64,000 nucleotides of DNA from Eledone cirrhosa (Eukaryota): contig CAXHJY010001727.1 in assembly GCA_964016885.1 (NCBI GenBank), forward strand, positions 32,021 through 96,020, given 5' to 3'. Within the stretch, counting starts at the first letter, position 1. Each line of letters opens with the position of its first letter. The position numbers were made by a program, and so were the translations under genes. Positions 1 to 11,620 of the stretch are shown here, one piece after another. Under the pieces are notes generated by a model. That model made no database searches. It worked only from the letters and a program-made list of their open reading frames with translations, and was not told where the DNA came from.

Positions 1-256
1 GTTTTGTTTCCTTGAGCAAGGCACTTTATTTCACATTGTTCCAGTTTACTCAGCTGTAGAAATCAGATGATAGGACTGGGGTCCCTATCATTCCACTGCA
101 AAGTGGTCGTGTAGGCGCCACGGAAAAAAAAAAAAGCATCCAGCACTCACTGTAAATGAGGTTGGTGTTAGGAAGGGCATCCAGCTGTAGAAATCAAGCC
201 AGAATCAGTCCCCGTTCCACCCTTGCAAGCAGGGAAAAGCGGACGTAAAATGATGA
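1..256 (+). mobile_element. tRNA-derived SINE family A (5' part outside the window)
   Basis: Contains the CCTTGAGCAAGGCACTT core and a 3' tail GGACGTAAAATGATGA. Homologous to the copies at 8478-8855 and 37600-37933. Confidence 0.85.
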
Positions 257-460
257 GATATATATATTGTATTTTATCTGATGAGAGCGTACCAAAATGT
301 TGATAAATATGGTTTTATAAAGATAGTTTCCATTTATTAATATCATTGATATTATACTCCAGAAGAAAGGCTGTAGAGTGCTTCGAATCTGTTATAATTA
401 AATTTGTTGAATAACCAACAAATTAAATACCTCTTTGCATATACATATATATATATATAC

Positions 461-491
<31 letters not shown>

Positions 492-760
492 CAAATATAA
501 TTTCAGCGAGATTGCATTTCGACTGTGGTAAAAAAACAAAGCGAAACGCAATTTTCGAGATATGCGACAAGCGCTCAATGAACTAAAAGAAGACCAGAGC
601 AGTTAACATACGTTATAAAGGCCAAACAAACTGAAAACGGCGGTCATGAAGCTATCAGCCACCGGAGCCGAAAAAACGAAGCATGCTAAACAGGTTAAAC
701 AAAAAAATTTACCTGGACCTCCTGGAAATTGATGGTATAATCCATATATATATATATATA

Positions 761-1550
761 TACAGGGTGCGGACGGTATTTAACCACACATGTATTTTTA
801 GTCATTTTATTTGACTAATTTTTATTGAACTTCCATTTCAGAAAATAACAATGAAAATAACTATGCTTACTAATGAAATGAAAAGGCATGCTGTGATTGT
901 GGCTTTGAAGGCTAAGCATGGGGATTTAGAAATTTCGTTTTCTGAAAGTTGCAAGATCTTTTGTCCACAAGATTCGGTGTGAGTTAGAGAAAGAAGATGG
1001 AAGCGTATTACCTGTATCAAACGTAAAAAACATTCCAAACACTGGGATTCTATCAGGACACCTGAATTTATTCAGGAAGTTAAACAAAACATTGATGACA
1101 ATTCAGGAAAATCAATGAGATCAATTGCAAAAAAATGGTGTCAGAAAACACAGAAATGTTGTGTATGAAGACATCAGATACAAATCTTACGTGATGAGAA
1201 GAGGTAAATTCATGTCAGAAAAAACAAAAGAAAAGCGTTTAATCAGATCCAAAAGACTTTTAAACAAACTTAAAAATCCATCAGAAGATGGTGTGATTTA
1301 TTTTTCTCAGATGAGAAAAACTTTGACCAGGACCACAAAACTAATAGAAGAAATGACAGGTGGCTATGTGCAGACCCTTCTGAGGTTCCAAGAGTAATGC
1401 ACACAAAATTTCCTGCAAGTGTCATAGTTTTGGGTGTTGCTAGCAATGAAGGACATGTGATGCCTCCTCACTTTTTTCCACAAGGCCTTAAGGTGAATGC
1501 TGCTGCATATATTGAGGTTCTGGATAAAGTTGTTAAGTCTTGGATCAACA
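761..1550 (+). mobile_element. Decayed Tc1/mariner transposon, 3'-truncated
   Basis: Starts TACAGGGTG after (TA)n. Frameshifted transposase reads MKRHAVIVALK...RTPEFIQEV...YKSYVMRRG...FSDEKNFDQD...NDRWLC...HTKFPASV...GHVMPPHFF...YIEVL. It is interrupted by a PLE fragment. Confidence 0.85.
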
Positions 1551-2195
1551 GTGACTACCTTTCTATTTGGGTCTAGTTCAATACTGAGCCCATGGTTCTT
1601 AAAGAAATGCCGAATTCGCCTCTTCATTCTCTCCACAATAGTGGTGCTGTGGTCATAGACTGTGAAGAGAGCATCGTCACGATATAATCCGCCAACCAGG
1701 CAGGTGATTTCTTCTTTTATCTGCTTCAGCAGGAAGAGCCGAACCAGGTCCGTTATCTGTGCGGAGTCGCTGGAGCCCATCGTGATGCCAAAGTTATTTG
1801 GCCATTCACTCCTGGTCCAAAGGTCCCCACCGAAACGGATCAAGGTCTTTCGGGCGGCGTGGATGATGCCTACCTCCTCGCGGGTTAGCTCCGTATTGGA
1901 CATCGCTAAAATAAGAGCCTTATTAAGTATTATGGGCGAGATTGAGTAGTAGTAGCCAGCAATATCCAGTTGGATAAAGCTGGTCCTAATTTTCTCAGGT
2001 AATACCGTAAACCATTCTATTACCTCTCCTGCGCATGACCATTGCTGTAATCTAGTTTTTTTTCCGAAGCTTAGGCAAAATCCTATCTAGTATGCTTTTA
2101 CTGACGACCTCCGGAGTAAACAAACCAACCTGCGTACTTCGTCGAGTGCTCCAATCTGCATACTAACGTGTCCGTAAACAACCAACATATACTCA
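1550..2195 (-). mobile_element. Penelope-like retroelement RT fragment with an inverted 5' tail (about 2109-2195)
   Basis: Minus-strand motifs SKSILDRI, FIQLDIAGYY.SI, FGITMGSSDSAQITDLV and GGLYRDDALF are homologous to the PLE ORF at 51.3 kb. Confidence 0.85.
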
Positions 2196-2641
2196 TATAT
2201 ATATATATATATATAATTTACTTCTTCCCAAGCGTGGACCTAATAAGACTGTTTTGCATTTCTGTGTTTATCTTTTTTATTCTTTTATATTTTTTAAGGG
2301 GAACGTTAAAAAATTAAAAAATACAAACGAAAGACAGGGTCATCGGTCGTTGAGATGGACTTTGGCAGTTTCGACCCCTACCAACGATACTGCTAGTCGA
2401 CCCGGTGTCACAGCGTCAGACACAAGCCAAAACATTAATTTATAGCAATTAAGCTATAACATGTACACAGAATTTTATGTGACGTCAGGAAAAAAAGCGT
2501 GGGGTATATTATATATATATATATATATAAAATATACACACATACACACCAGTTTCAGCACTCGATGCGTGGGTCCAGTTGCCGGTGTGGTATTGTATAT
2601 TTGGTATTACACCTAGTAGGTACTCCTGTCATTAAGAAAAC

Positions 2642-2727
2642 CACGATTCTGATGAACTATCGATTCCAGAGTCAGGCACAAACGATACTGATTGAGCAAA
2701 TCGATCGTAAAATACGAGTCACGCGTG
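2642..2727 (+). ncRNA. Degenerate hammerhead remnant
   Basis: CACGATT-CTGATGA-ACTATCGATT..AATCGATCGT-AAAA (GAAA mutated)-TACGAG-TC-ACGCGTG. It shares CAGAGTCAGG in stem II with the 41015-41108 copy. Confidence 0.5.
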
Positions 2728-2837
2728 AATAAACATAATGATGCTATTTTGATACCTCATTATTATATTTGGCAGTCCCTCCCCAAAATTGCTGGCTTTG
2801 TGCCTGTATAAGAAACCATTATTATATTTGGCAGTGA

Positions 2838-2910
2838 ACCTCCATAGCTCAGTGGTTAGAGCACTGGTCTTGTAAATCAGGGGTCGTGAGTTCAATTCTC
2901 GCTGGGGACT
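2838..2910 (+). tRNA. tRNA-Thr(TGT), possibly a pseudogene
   Basis: ACCTCCATAGCTCAGTGGTTAGAGCACTGGTCTTGTAAATCAGGGGTCGTGAGTTCAATTCTCGCTGGGGACT has D, anticodon (TGT) and T arms intact, A/B boxes and a TTTT after it. The first two acceptor-stem pairs are mismatched. Confidence 0.85.
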
Positions 2911-2924
2911 TTTCTGATATTTTA

Positions 2925-3118
2925 AGGATTGGCAGTATCGGTAGAGGGTTGGGTTAGACGCCATGCTTTGCAGCATAGAATTACGGCCCTTTACGGTATG
3001 GGTTCAAATCCCACCGAGGTTAGCTTTGCCTTTCATCCGTATGGGGTCGATAAAATAAAGTACCAGTAATGCACTGGAACAATTGCTGGCCTTGTGCCAA
3101 AAGTAGAGACATTATTAT
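2925..3118 (+). mobile_element. SINE family B
   Basis: GATTGGCAGTATCGGTAGAG...GGTTCAAATCC...TTTGCCTTTCATCC...GCCTTGTGCCAAAAGTAGA..(ATT)n. Homologues lie at about 3870-4020, 6295-6512, 15810-16025 and 16190-16562. Confidence 0.8.
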
Positions 3119-6100
3119 ATATAAATGAAAGAAATGACTTCAAGATTAGAGCTGTTTCATTCATATGAAATAGGAATAATTTTAACTTTGGTCATTTCCC
3201 AATCCTCGTCTATCTTTCCGTTGTCTTTGTCCTATGCACCCACCCCTACCACTTGTTTTGAAAAATCAATAATACTGTCTACATTTACAACTGCCTCAGC
3301 CATTGATCTCTGCCAGCTTTAACAGTAATTACATAAACGTTTGTGGAATACTCAGCCATTCCATTGACTGAACACCACCACCAATACTGATTGCAGTCCA
3401 TTCACTAGTTATAACTAAGTTAATATGACTTGGTAAAATCTAAAATATTATTTCACATCATCATTAATTAATGATAAAATGGAAAGGAAGCTTAGGTTTT
3501 GGTCTTCGAACCAAACATCATATAATAGCTAAAAAGGTATTTCAAAATAGGTTTCTTCATTCAATGAACAGATCAGTACGGAAATTTGCAAAAAACTGAA
3601 GTAAATGTTTTAATTTCTAATGTAATGCAGTTATGCTGGTTTTCTATTTTTCAAGAATATCTTCCTGTGGTTTCATGTGGTACAGGACATTAAGACTTCT
3701 TCCATAGGAAACTAACCTTTTATTGCTCAATCTATCTATCTATTTGAACACCAGACATCCTGCTTGTGTGATCATGTGGCATATATAACGTAGAGGAATA
3801 TAAACAACATTAATAGATGGTAAAAACAATATTTCTCCAAATGACATGGTCTAATTTGATAAAAGTAGGTGGCAAACTGGCAGAAACGTTAGAACATCAG
3901 ATAGAATGCTTTGTAATTTTTGTTTCGACTCTTCTTCGAGTTCAAATTCCACTGAGATCAACTTTGCCTTTCATCCTTTCGAGGTCAATAAAAAAAAAAA
4001 TGTACGAATCTAGTACTGAGGTCCATCCTTCCTCTATATCTCTTTCTCACTATATATCCTTCTCTGGAAGAATCTGTATTCAGACCTGGAGAGATGGGCT
4101 CCGCCAGCTTTTAAAATTCCCTAGGTCAATATGGCACCCTCAGGAGTTAAGGGGCCATCCATCCATCCAAACTCATGAAATACATATTGCTAATAGTCAG
4201 CATGTAGTTGTTTTGACAAAAAGCACCTATCCTACACTGTAAAGTGGTCGTGTAGGTGACACCTCAAAAAGCACCCAGTCCACACTGTAAATAAGGTTGG
4301 CGTTAGGAAAGGCAACCAGCTGCAGAAACCAAGATAGGATCAGTTCTGTATGAGCAAGACATGGTCACCTGACCTAGCATTGCCCACAACAGGACAAATC
4401 ATCTAGCCCATCCTAGTATGGAAAATGGACATAAAAAGGTGATGATCATGATTATAATTGTAAAATTTAGCTGGTGAGTTGGCCAAGTTGTTAGAGTGTA
4501 GAACCAACTATTTTAACCCTAAAAATAGCAATCCACAAAAACCACCTGTTAGTGTTCAAATTTAAATTCAAATCTTCAACTGAAATTTTATTAATATAAA
4601 TAAAATTTCAGTAAATATTTACAAACACCATGTGTGAACCTCAAATTTTTTAAATTTATAAATGTATTTCCTCAACGCCTTCATAAATTGTAGGAAGCTC
4701 AGGTGGAGAAAATAACTGCAATTAGTCAGTTGTTATAAAATATTTTATAAAAATCAGGTAAAAACATTTCTTCCACCTCTAAGGGTTTTTACCTGAGCTT
4801 CCTACATCTTATAAATTAAGTATCTGTTTTTATTATATTGAAATTTAGTTTTCACAAAGACTGATAATTCTTGATTATTTTGCTAACAAAAACATGAATC
4901 AGTATATTTTTGTTAGAAATATGGTCACAAAACATTTAAAGTGTTTGTTCTTGTGCTCCATCATCCTACTATGGTCAACTTTGTCTTTTATCTTTTTGGG
5001 GTCAGTAAATTAAAATACTAGACCAAGGCAGCAGATTATCAGTGCTCAACCAAGCATAAAAACATGAAAGCTAGACACATTTTGCATCTGATCTCCCACA
5101 ATGCTGTTACCCTGTATGCTGATCTGGTGCCACAACAAACAACAGCCAGTCCACCCTGTAAGGTGGTCATGTTGGTGACAAGACAAAAAGCACCCAGTCC
5201 ACTCTGTTACATGGTTTTGGTGCTATGATAAAAAGCACCCAATCCACACTGTAATATTTAGCATTAGGAAGGGCATCCAGCTGTAGAAACCAAGCCAAAA
5301 TACAGATCCATATGAGCAAGAGATGGTCATCTGACCTGAATTATCTAACATAACCTGTCTAACCAATGCAATTGTAGAAAATGGATGTAAAACAATGAGG
5401 ATGATGATGGTTAGGGTGATGATGATGATCAATCTTATTTCTACTCTGGTTTGGAATAATGTAGATAGTATCAATATTTAAAGCATCGATAAATGACATT
5501 ATACTTAGTTTTTTTTCTTTTAATTTTATACAGATCCCTGGCTTGTCTGGGAAATCAGTAACCACCACTTCAGTACTGAGTTAGTCTATGTAGATCTGTC
5601 TAGCAGGAAAAGCAGGCGTTAAAATGATAATGATGATGTATTTTTCCATACTAGCATGTGGGAGAGCTGTAGTTAGAGCAATTTATTTTTAATAGCATAA
5701 AACTCTTCTTCTAAACCAAAATCCAGGACCCTCTCACTCCTGTTGGCTGAACTCCTCCTTGGTTGACTTCCACAGCTTCCTAGCTCTGGCCATACTGGAC
5801 CATGTGGGTCCGAGGTAAATATACTTACTACTAAATAACTAGCGGTGAAATAAGTGGAACTGGTTAGTAAGGCAAACTGGATCAAGAATAATTAGTGTAA
5901 CTAGCACATTTTCCATGAAAATACAATATAACCACCATATGACTTGTCTATTGGACCAACAAAACCTTAATTCAAAATATGTTACGTAGTAAATACTGTA
6001 TGTAAAGTGAAGATGTGATTTACACACACAAGTATATATGGTGTGTGCCAAGTCCAGAAGCACAAACACTTCTGACCATGTAGTCAATAGACAAATACTT

Positions 6101-6746
6101 TAAGCTCTCAATCATGCACCATTTATCAATCATCATCATTGTTTAAGGTATATTGTTGATGTTTGCATGGGTTAGGCGGCTGTCACATACTGAGGCTAGA
6201 TGGGTCAGGTGACTTGGTCCTGCTCATATGCATTTGTTTGGTTTCTATAACTGGATACCCTCCTAATGCCAACCACTTTACAGAGATTAGGAAGCAAATT
6301 GGCAGTATCAGTAGAGCATTGGACAACATGTTTTGTGCCATATAATAATGGCCCATTACATTCTGAGTTCAAATCCAGCAGAAGTTACCTTTGCCTTTCA
6401 TCTTTACAGGGTCAATAAAATATGGTACCAGTAACACACTGGGGTAAATTTAATCGACTTTTCGCTTCCTTTCAAATTGCTGACCTTGTGCCAAAAGTAG
6501 AAACAATTATTAATACAGAGAGGCTCAAATGTGAAACTCTTCAAATATCTTAATGAAAATAAGTAAAGCAGCTTAATTTTAAAATTTAATTAGTATAATG
6601 TAGTCGTGAATAAAAAAAAATGTTAAAAGAGACTGAAAAATGTCAAGATAATATTAATGATATCTGAATTGGGTTGTAAAAATGTTCATGAATTTTGCAG
6701 TTATATTCAGTCACTGCACTTTTCCTAGCCATACTTAGGAATTTGG

Positions 6747-6787
6747 TCATGGTCTGGGTGGCGGGCCTCTCATACCAGGTGGTGGGC
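6747..6787 (-). CDS. SNRPB: Terminal coding exon of an Sm B/B' snRNP protein gene (GPPPGMRGPPPRP*)
   Basis: The minus strand reads TTTTATTTTTTCAG|GC CCA CCA CCT GGT ATG AGA GGC CCG CCA CCC AGA CCA TGA. It has a strong polypyrimidine acceptor and a phase compatible with the 14357 donor. The PPPGMR..PRP C-terminus is typical of SmB. Confidence 0.85.
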
Positions 6788-7029
6788 CTGAAAAAATAAA
6801 AAATGTAATATATAAATACATCATATGGTATGAAAATGAAGGAAAAAAAGAATTTGAGGAACTTAACATGATGAATCCAGTATACTCTGTATAGGAAGAG
6901 CATCCAGCTTAGAAATCAAGCCCAAAATGGAACGCATGAGCAAGTTATAGTATTCCTGCCCATAGTATCAGAGCTATGATCTCTCAATTCAGAGAAGTAG
7001 CAGCTCTACCTGGAGTGAATCCTGATCTC

Positions 7030-7460
7030 TGAGCTACACACTCAATTGAATAACATTACTCCAAGGAATCTTTGGAGGAAGCCCATTTCAGCTGCTTGTA
7101 TTCGCAATCATATTCTTTCAGTCACTGCCTAAGATTCATGGCCATAAGCAAGAGTTGGCACGAATACTAAATTGAAGAAAGTGAGTTTGGCTTTTACACC
7201 TACCTCCTTTCTTCTGACTACTGAATGCTGACGCATTACTGCACCAATTCCTGCAATTCTTGCGCTTAATTCCACCTCTTGCCTTTCATCACTTGTGAAC
7301 ATGGCTGAGATACTTAACTTCACCTACTTCAGTGGAACTTTATTCATATGTACAGTGCAGTAGGCAGGCATCCTTGAGAGGACAAGTATCTCAGTTTTCG
7401 CAGCACAGATTTTCATTCCAACCATGCAGCACACGGCATCAAGCCTATCAAGTGTGAGTC
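7030..7460 (-). mobile_element. Degraded RTE-type LINE ORF fragment
   Basis: Peptide ARIAGIGAVMRQ...KAKLTFFNLVFVPTLAYGHES followed by a RIQAAEM-like segment. Confidence 0.7.
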
Positions 7461-8220
7461 TATATATCATACTTGAAAATAATTAAGTAGGGGCTGGCAT
7501 CAGGAAGGGCACCCAAACACATGAAAACTGCCTCGAAAATGTCTCACCAAACACATACCAGCATGAAAGAGGATGTAAAATGATAATTATGATAATTTAT
7601 ATATAATGATTTAGTAATATGTTCACACCCACTTGACCAGTCTGACAAGCAAACCAACGTTGGGGTTAGGTTTATAGCCTCCATAAATGACCTTTAGCCA
7701 ATTGTCTGTGAAACAGGGATAAGAGATCAATACATAATAAAAACAAACATGTAAATGAAACTTCATCTTTTTTTCTTATTCATACACGTAAAAATAGCCA
7801 CACACAAACATACATAGAAACAATACAAAAGTCATGCACACACACACACAAGAAAATAAAGAACCCACACTCATACCAATAATATAAGGCTTGGAGACAT
7901 GCATGTGTACACACACAGAAGCAATAATGCACACCTATCAATTTCACCCCATCAGCACACACACAACCACACCCATGACACACCTGAACCCACCACTTCA
8001 GCCCAGAATCCTGGACGACTTGCCTACCACACCCAACCGTCTCTAAACTTTAATGTGACCACCTGTTCTCTCCCTATCAGAACGCTCCATTTCCTGAGGA
8101 AGGACTTCCATCCGAAACTTCAAACCCTCCTCCTAAGCGTGATATTAATAATACTTAGTGTTTTGCATCCCTGTGTTTTTTGTTTTATTTGTTCAACTAT
8201 ATATAGTAGAGATTAAATGT

Positions 8221-8417
8221 TTAACCCTTTAGCATTTAAACCGGCCATATCCAGCCAGAATTCTCTCACCCCTTTCTGTTCAGACTGGCCATAACCAGCT
8301 GCTCATACTTATGTTAAGGTATTGTTCTCAAAATAAATACTATCAAAATCTCATAAATTCAATATTATGTGAAAATACAATAGTAAATATAGAGTAATGT
8401 AAATGCTAAAGGGTTAA
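8221..8417. mobile_element. piggyBac-type MITE
   Basis: TTAA-CCCTTTAGCATTT ... AAATGCTAAAGGG-TTAA, with the same TIR as the piggyBac at 11621. Confidence 0.85.
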
Positions 8418-8477
8418 GCAAAAAATTTCTGCTTTCAACCTTAGCAGGATCATCTGAAACTTATTAGTATATATTAT

Positions 8478-8855
8478 TATCATCATTTTACGTCCACTTT
8501 TCCCTGCTTGCAAGGGTGGGACGGGGACTGATGCTGGCTTGATTTCTACAGCTGGATGCCCTTCCTAACACCAACCTCATTTACAGTGAGTGCTGCCTGC
8601 TTTTTTCCATGGCGCCTACACGTCCACTTTACAGTGTGTGCTGGGTGCGTTTTTGCCGGGGCACTTCCACAACCACTTTGCAGTTGAATGATAGGGACAC
8701 CAGTCCTATCATCTCATTTCTACAGCTGAGTAAACTGGAGCAATGTGAAATAAATTGTCTTGCTCAAGGAAACAACACATCACCTGGTCTGAGAATTGAA
8801 CCCGCAACCTTTCGATTGCAAGGCCAATGCTCTAACCACTAAGCCATGTGCCTCC
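8478..8855 (-). mobile_element. SINE family A, full length
   Basis: tRNA-like head (GGAGGCACATGGCTTAGTGGTTAGAGC...GGTTCAATTC), core and RTE-like (ATG)n tail. Confidence 0.88.
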
Positions 8856-8890
<35 letters not shown>

Positions 8891-11620
8891 TAAATATGTA
8901 TATAATATAACAGATTTTAAATATTTTCAGACCAAATACTTAACTTAGTTTCAACTGTGTACTTTTAAAAAGCATCCCAGCAGCTGGGTTAGTTTGAGAT
9001 TTTATTTCTGGCAGTGTTGCAATTCTATGTGTATGTTATTGTCTACTAGAGCACTAAAACTTCTGCCTCATGTAGCCACAAGAGACTACAACTGAGCTCC
9101 AACCAATTATTGTCATAAACAGTTAAACACTGTGGGAATCAATATCTCTAACTAAATTATGACCGTCAGTGATCTATACAGCACTTTACTTAGCTGCTGT
9201 TGGCAACTACAACACACTAAACAACAACAACATGAACAGCAGAAATTTCAACAGCAACAGCAGAAATTGGAAAATTCAGACTAAGGGAGAGAGTAAGAAA
9301 AAGAGAAAAAGTAGGGGAGAGGGAGAAATCTTCAAAGTAAAGAAAAAGAAAGGAGAGAGGGAGGGTTGTATTTGGTTAAATTGAACTTGTTTGATGGAAA
9401 AATGTGAGAGTGGAGTGAAGTGGCAATGGTGTGGAGTGGTGTGGTAGTAAAGTGATGGGAAAGGGAGGCAATTAAGAAAGTATCTTGTAGGCACAAAAAC
9501 ACCTGACAGTGCCCAAAGGCAGACTGTTAATGCATATTCTAGCTGTAGAATACAATAAATGGAAAGCAGTATTCAAAAAGATGAAATTGCTTTAATTTGA
9601 TAGCCCAGCAGATAAATTCAGAATGTCACAACCATGGGCCATCGCAGAGGTAATTGCAAACTTGTGTAGTGAGAGAATGTATCTTGTATGTCGGTGAAGA
9701 AATTGCAGACGAGATATTTTTGGTCTCTCGCTAAATAATAATAAATGTTGATGGTGGTGTTGGTGGTAATGGTGATAGTTGTGATGTTGGGGGGTGATGA
9801 TGCTGGTAGCAATGGTGGTGATAATATTGATAATATTGATGATGGTTGTAATGGTGATAGCGGTGTCAATGGTGATGATGATGATGATAATATTACTGCA
9901 ACAAATAATAAATGTAGCTAGAAAATCAGAAAGGGAAAAACTGGAAAAGCAAGAAAACCACTACAGTCACAATACATAGAAAGAGAAACATCACCACTAT
10001 CAAAGTTTAACAACTGAAATACACCTTGTGTTTATTTTCTGCTAGATTCTTCCATTAGATCAGTGATTAAGAACCCTTTTTTATTTAAATGAATTCTCCT
10101 ACCCTTCACTCCTAGCTACAATTAATCCCCTCATAGATTGTTCACTGTGAAAATAAATGAAAGAAAGAAGAAATACTTATACTGTGAGAAGAATGGATAT
10201 GCAACTGAATGTGCATACTGTTTTTAAACCCTTTTGTTACCCAACTGCCTGAAACCACTGCTAGTTTTACAATACAAAAATAGTTTATTTTAAGGTCTTT
10301 ATATTTATCTAAAATCCTTTCAGCATAACTTATCAAAAGATCTTACATAAAATTATGTTCCAAATACTAGCTTAGTAATAGTTATATTACAAAATTCCTC
10401 CAAATTCTTGATTATTTTCAAAACTATTTGCAAATTATAAGCAGTGTCTTTCATTAAAAATATGATACTGGTGTTGGTGATTCTCATGATAAAGAACCCA
10501 GTACACGCTGTAAAGTGGTTGATGATATGAAAGGCATCCAGCCATGGAAAGCTTGCCAAACAGAGGGTTGGGAGGACAACAACTCTTTTAGTGCTGGTGC
10601 CATGATAAAATGCACTTGGCAGAATGTGGAACTGTATATATGAGATGCAATCCCCAGCCTGTCTGGGAGGTCAGTGGCACCACTTCAGTACTGATTCGGA
10701 CTGTGAAGGTCCATCCAACACTTGCTAGCAGGAAAAGTGAACATTAAATGATGATGATAAAAGGGTGTGTGGAGCCCCCAGCTGAGAACTGCTGCTCAAG
10801 ATTATTTCCAAATACACAACATTATAGGTAACCAAGATAAAATTATACTGTCAGGATATCTAAACTGACTCTTAATTAATAACTGCATTGTTTCTTTCCA
10901 GAGACATTTGGTCATTCCATGCGAGTATCCTTGGTCACCCTATGAACTTTTTGGCCAACCCTCGTAGGTAGGAGCAACTGTCATGCAGATTTTACAATAC
11001 GAAGTTGCTTCACAGAATAAGATAGATACTTCAAGGTAAGTATAAAGGAAAGGAGCCAAATGTTTTCATTGATCTTTCCATTGTCCATACTATCCGCCTG
11101 TCACAACTCTTGGCAGAGGCATCCCCACTTTTCTGATGACAGTACAGTGGGATTTAAATTCAAAATGTACAGAGTCAAAACAGATACACCAAAGCAACCT
11201 ATCTGACCCTTTCACAATTCTAATCTACTACTGCCCCTAAATCAGGATTTTATCAACCATGAAATGATGAAATATAAAGGTGACCTCAGTGCAGAGTGCT
11301 GGAACAAAGACTAACAACTTTGCCAATTAAATGCTAGACTATGATAAAAGCATTTTAAATTGTTTAATAGCTTTTTTCAACATCTTTTCTCCAGAGTCAG
11401 AGTCTACATTAATGGTTTCGTAACTTAGTCACTTATTTTTTTTAAGAATCACTTACACAATTTTTTTTAAACTGTGGAAACATTACCTACATTTCATAGA
11501 CAATCTCCACCAAATTTATTTTAATAAGACATTAAATAAAACAAAAATTATGTTGAGACACCTTAGCTCACCAAAATCTGAAATTGGTAGTTTTTTTGTT
11601 TTTTTTTTGTAGAATCCACT

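Noticed and set aside
269-305. CTGATGA hammerhead start
   Set aside because: Compared with the 32050 sibling, the 3' half of stem II, GAAA and the cleavage site are deleted; an inactive remnant only.
2093-2125. CTGACGA-CCTCCGGAG-TAAAC resembling a hammerhead core
   Set aside because: It lacks GAAA and stem I. CTGACGA is the antisense of PLE RT codons (EVVSKS), and the rest belongs to the bulged hairpin.
713-2239. Possible minus-strand exon split by the mariner/PLE insertion (would read VHAWEEVNYGLYHQFPGGP, with a CAG|GTAAAT donor near 713)
   Set aside because: The acceptor lacks a polypyrimidine tract and the peptide is not recognised; needs transcript evidence.
2330-2425. Minus-strand CTGACGC...GAAA...CCGATGA with GGGTC/GACCC pairing
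   Set aside because: The core nucleotides do not fit any hammerhead topology with consistent stems.
9748-9890. ORF 9794-9979 resembling a transmembrane peptide
   Set aside because: It is a degenerate (GAT/GGT)n trinucleotide repeat.
10902-11035. Plus-strand exon-like segment (TTTCCAG ... AAG|GTAAGT)
   Set aside because: Stops occur in all three frames, and part of it is the reverse complement of a mariner-like end (TACGAGGGTTGGCCAAAAAGT).
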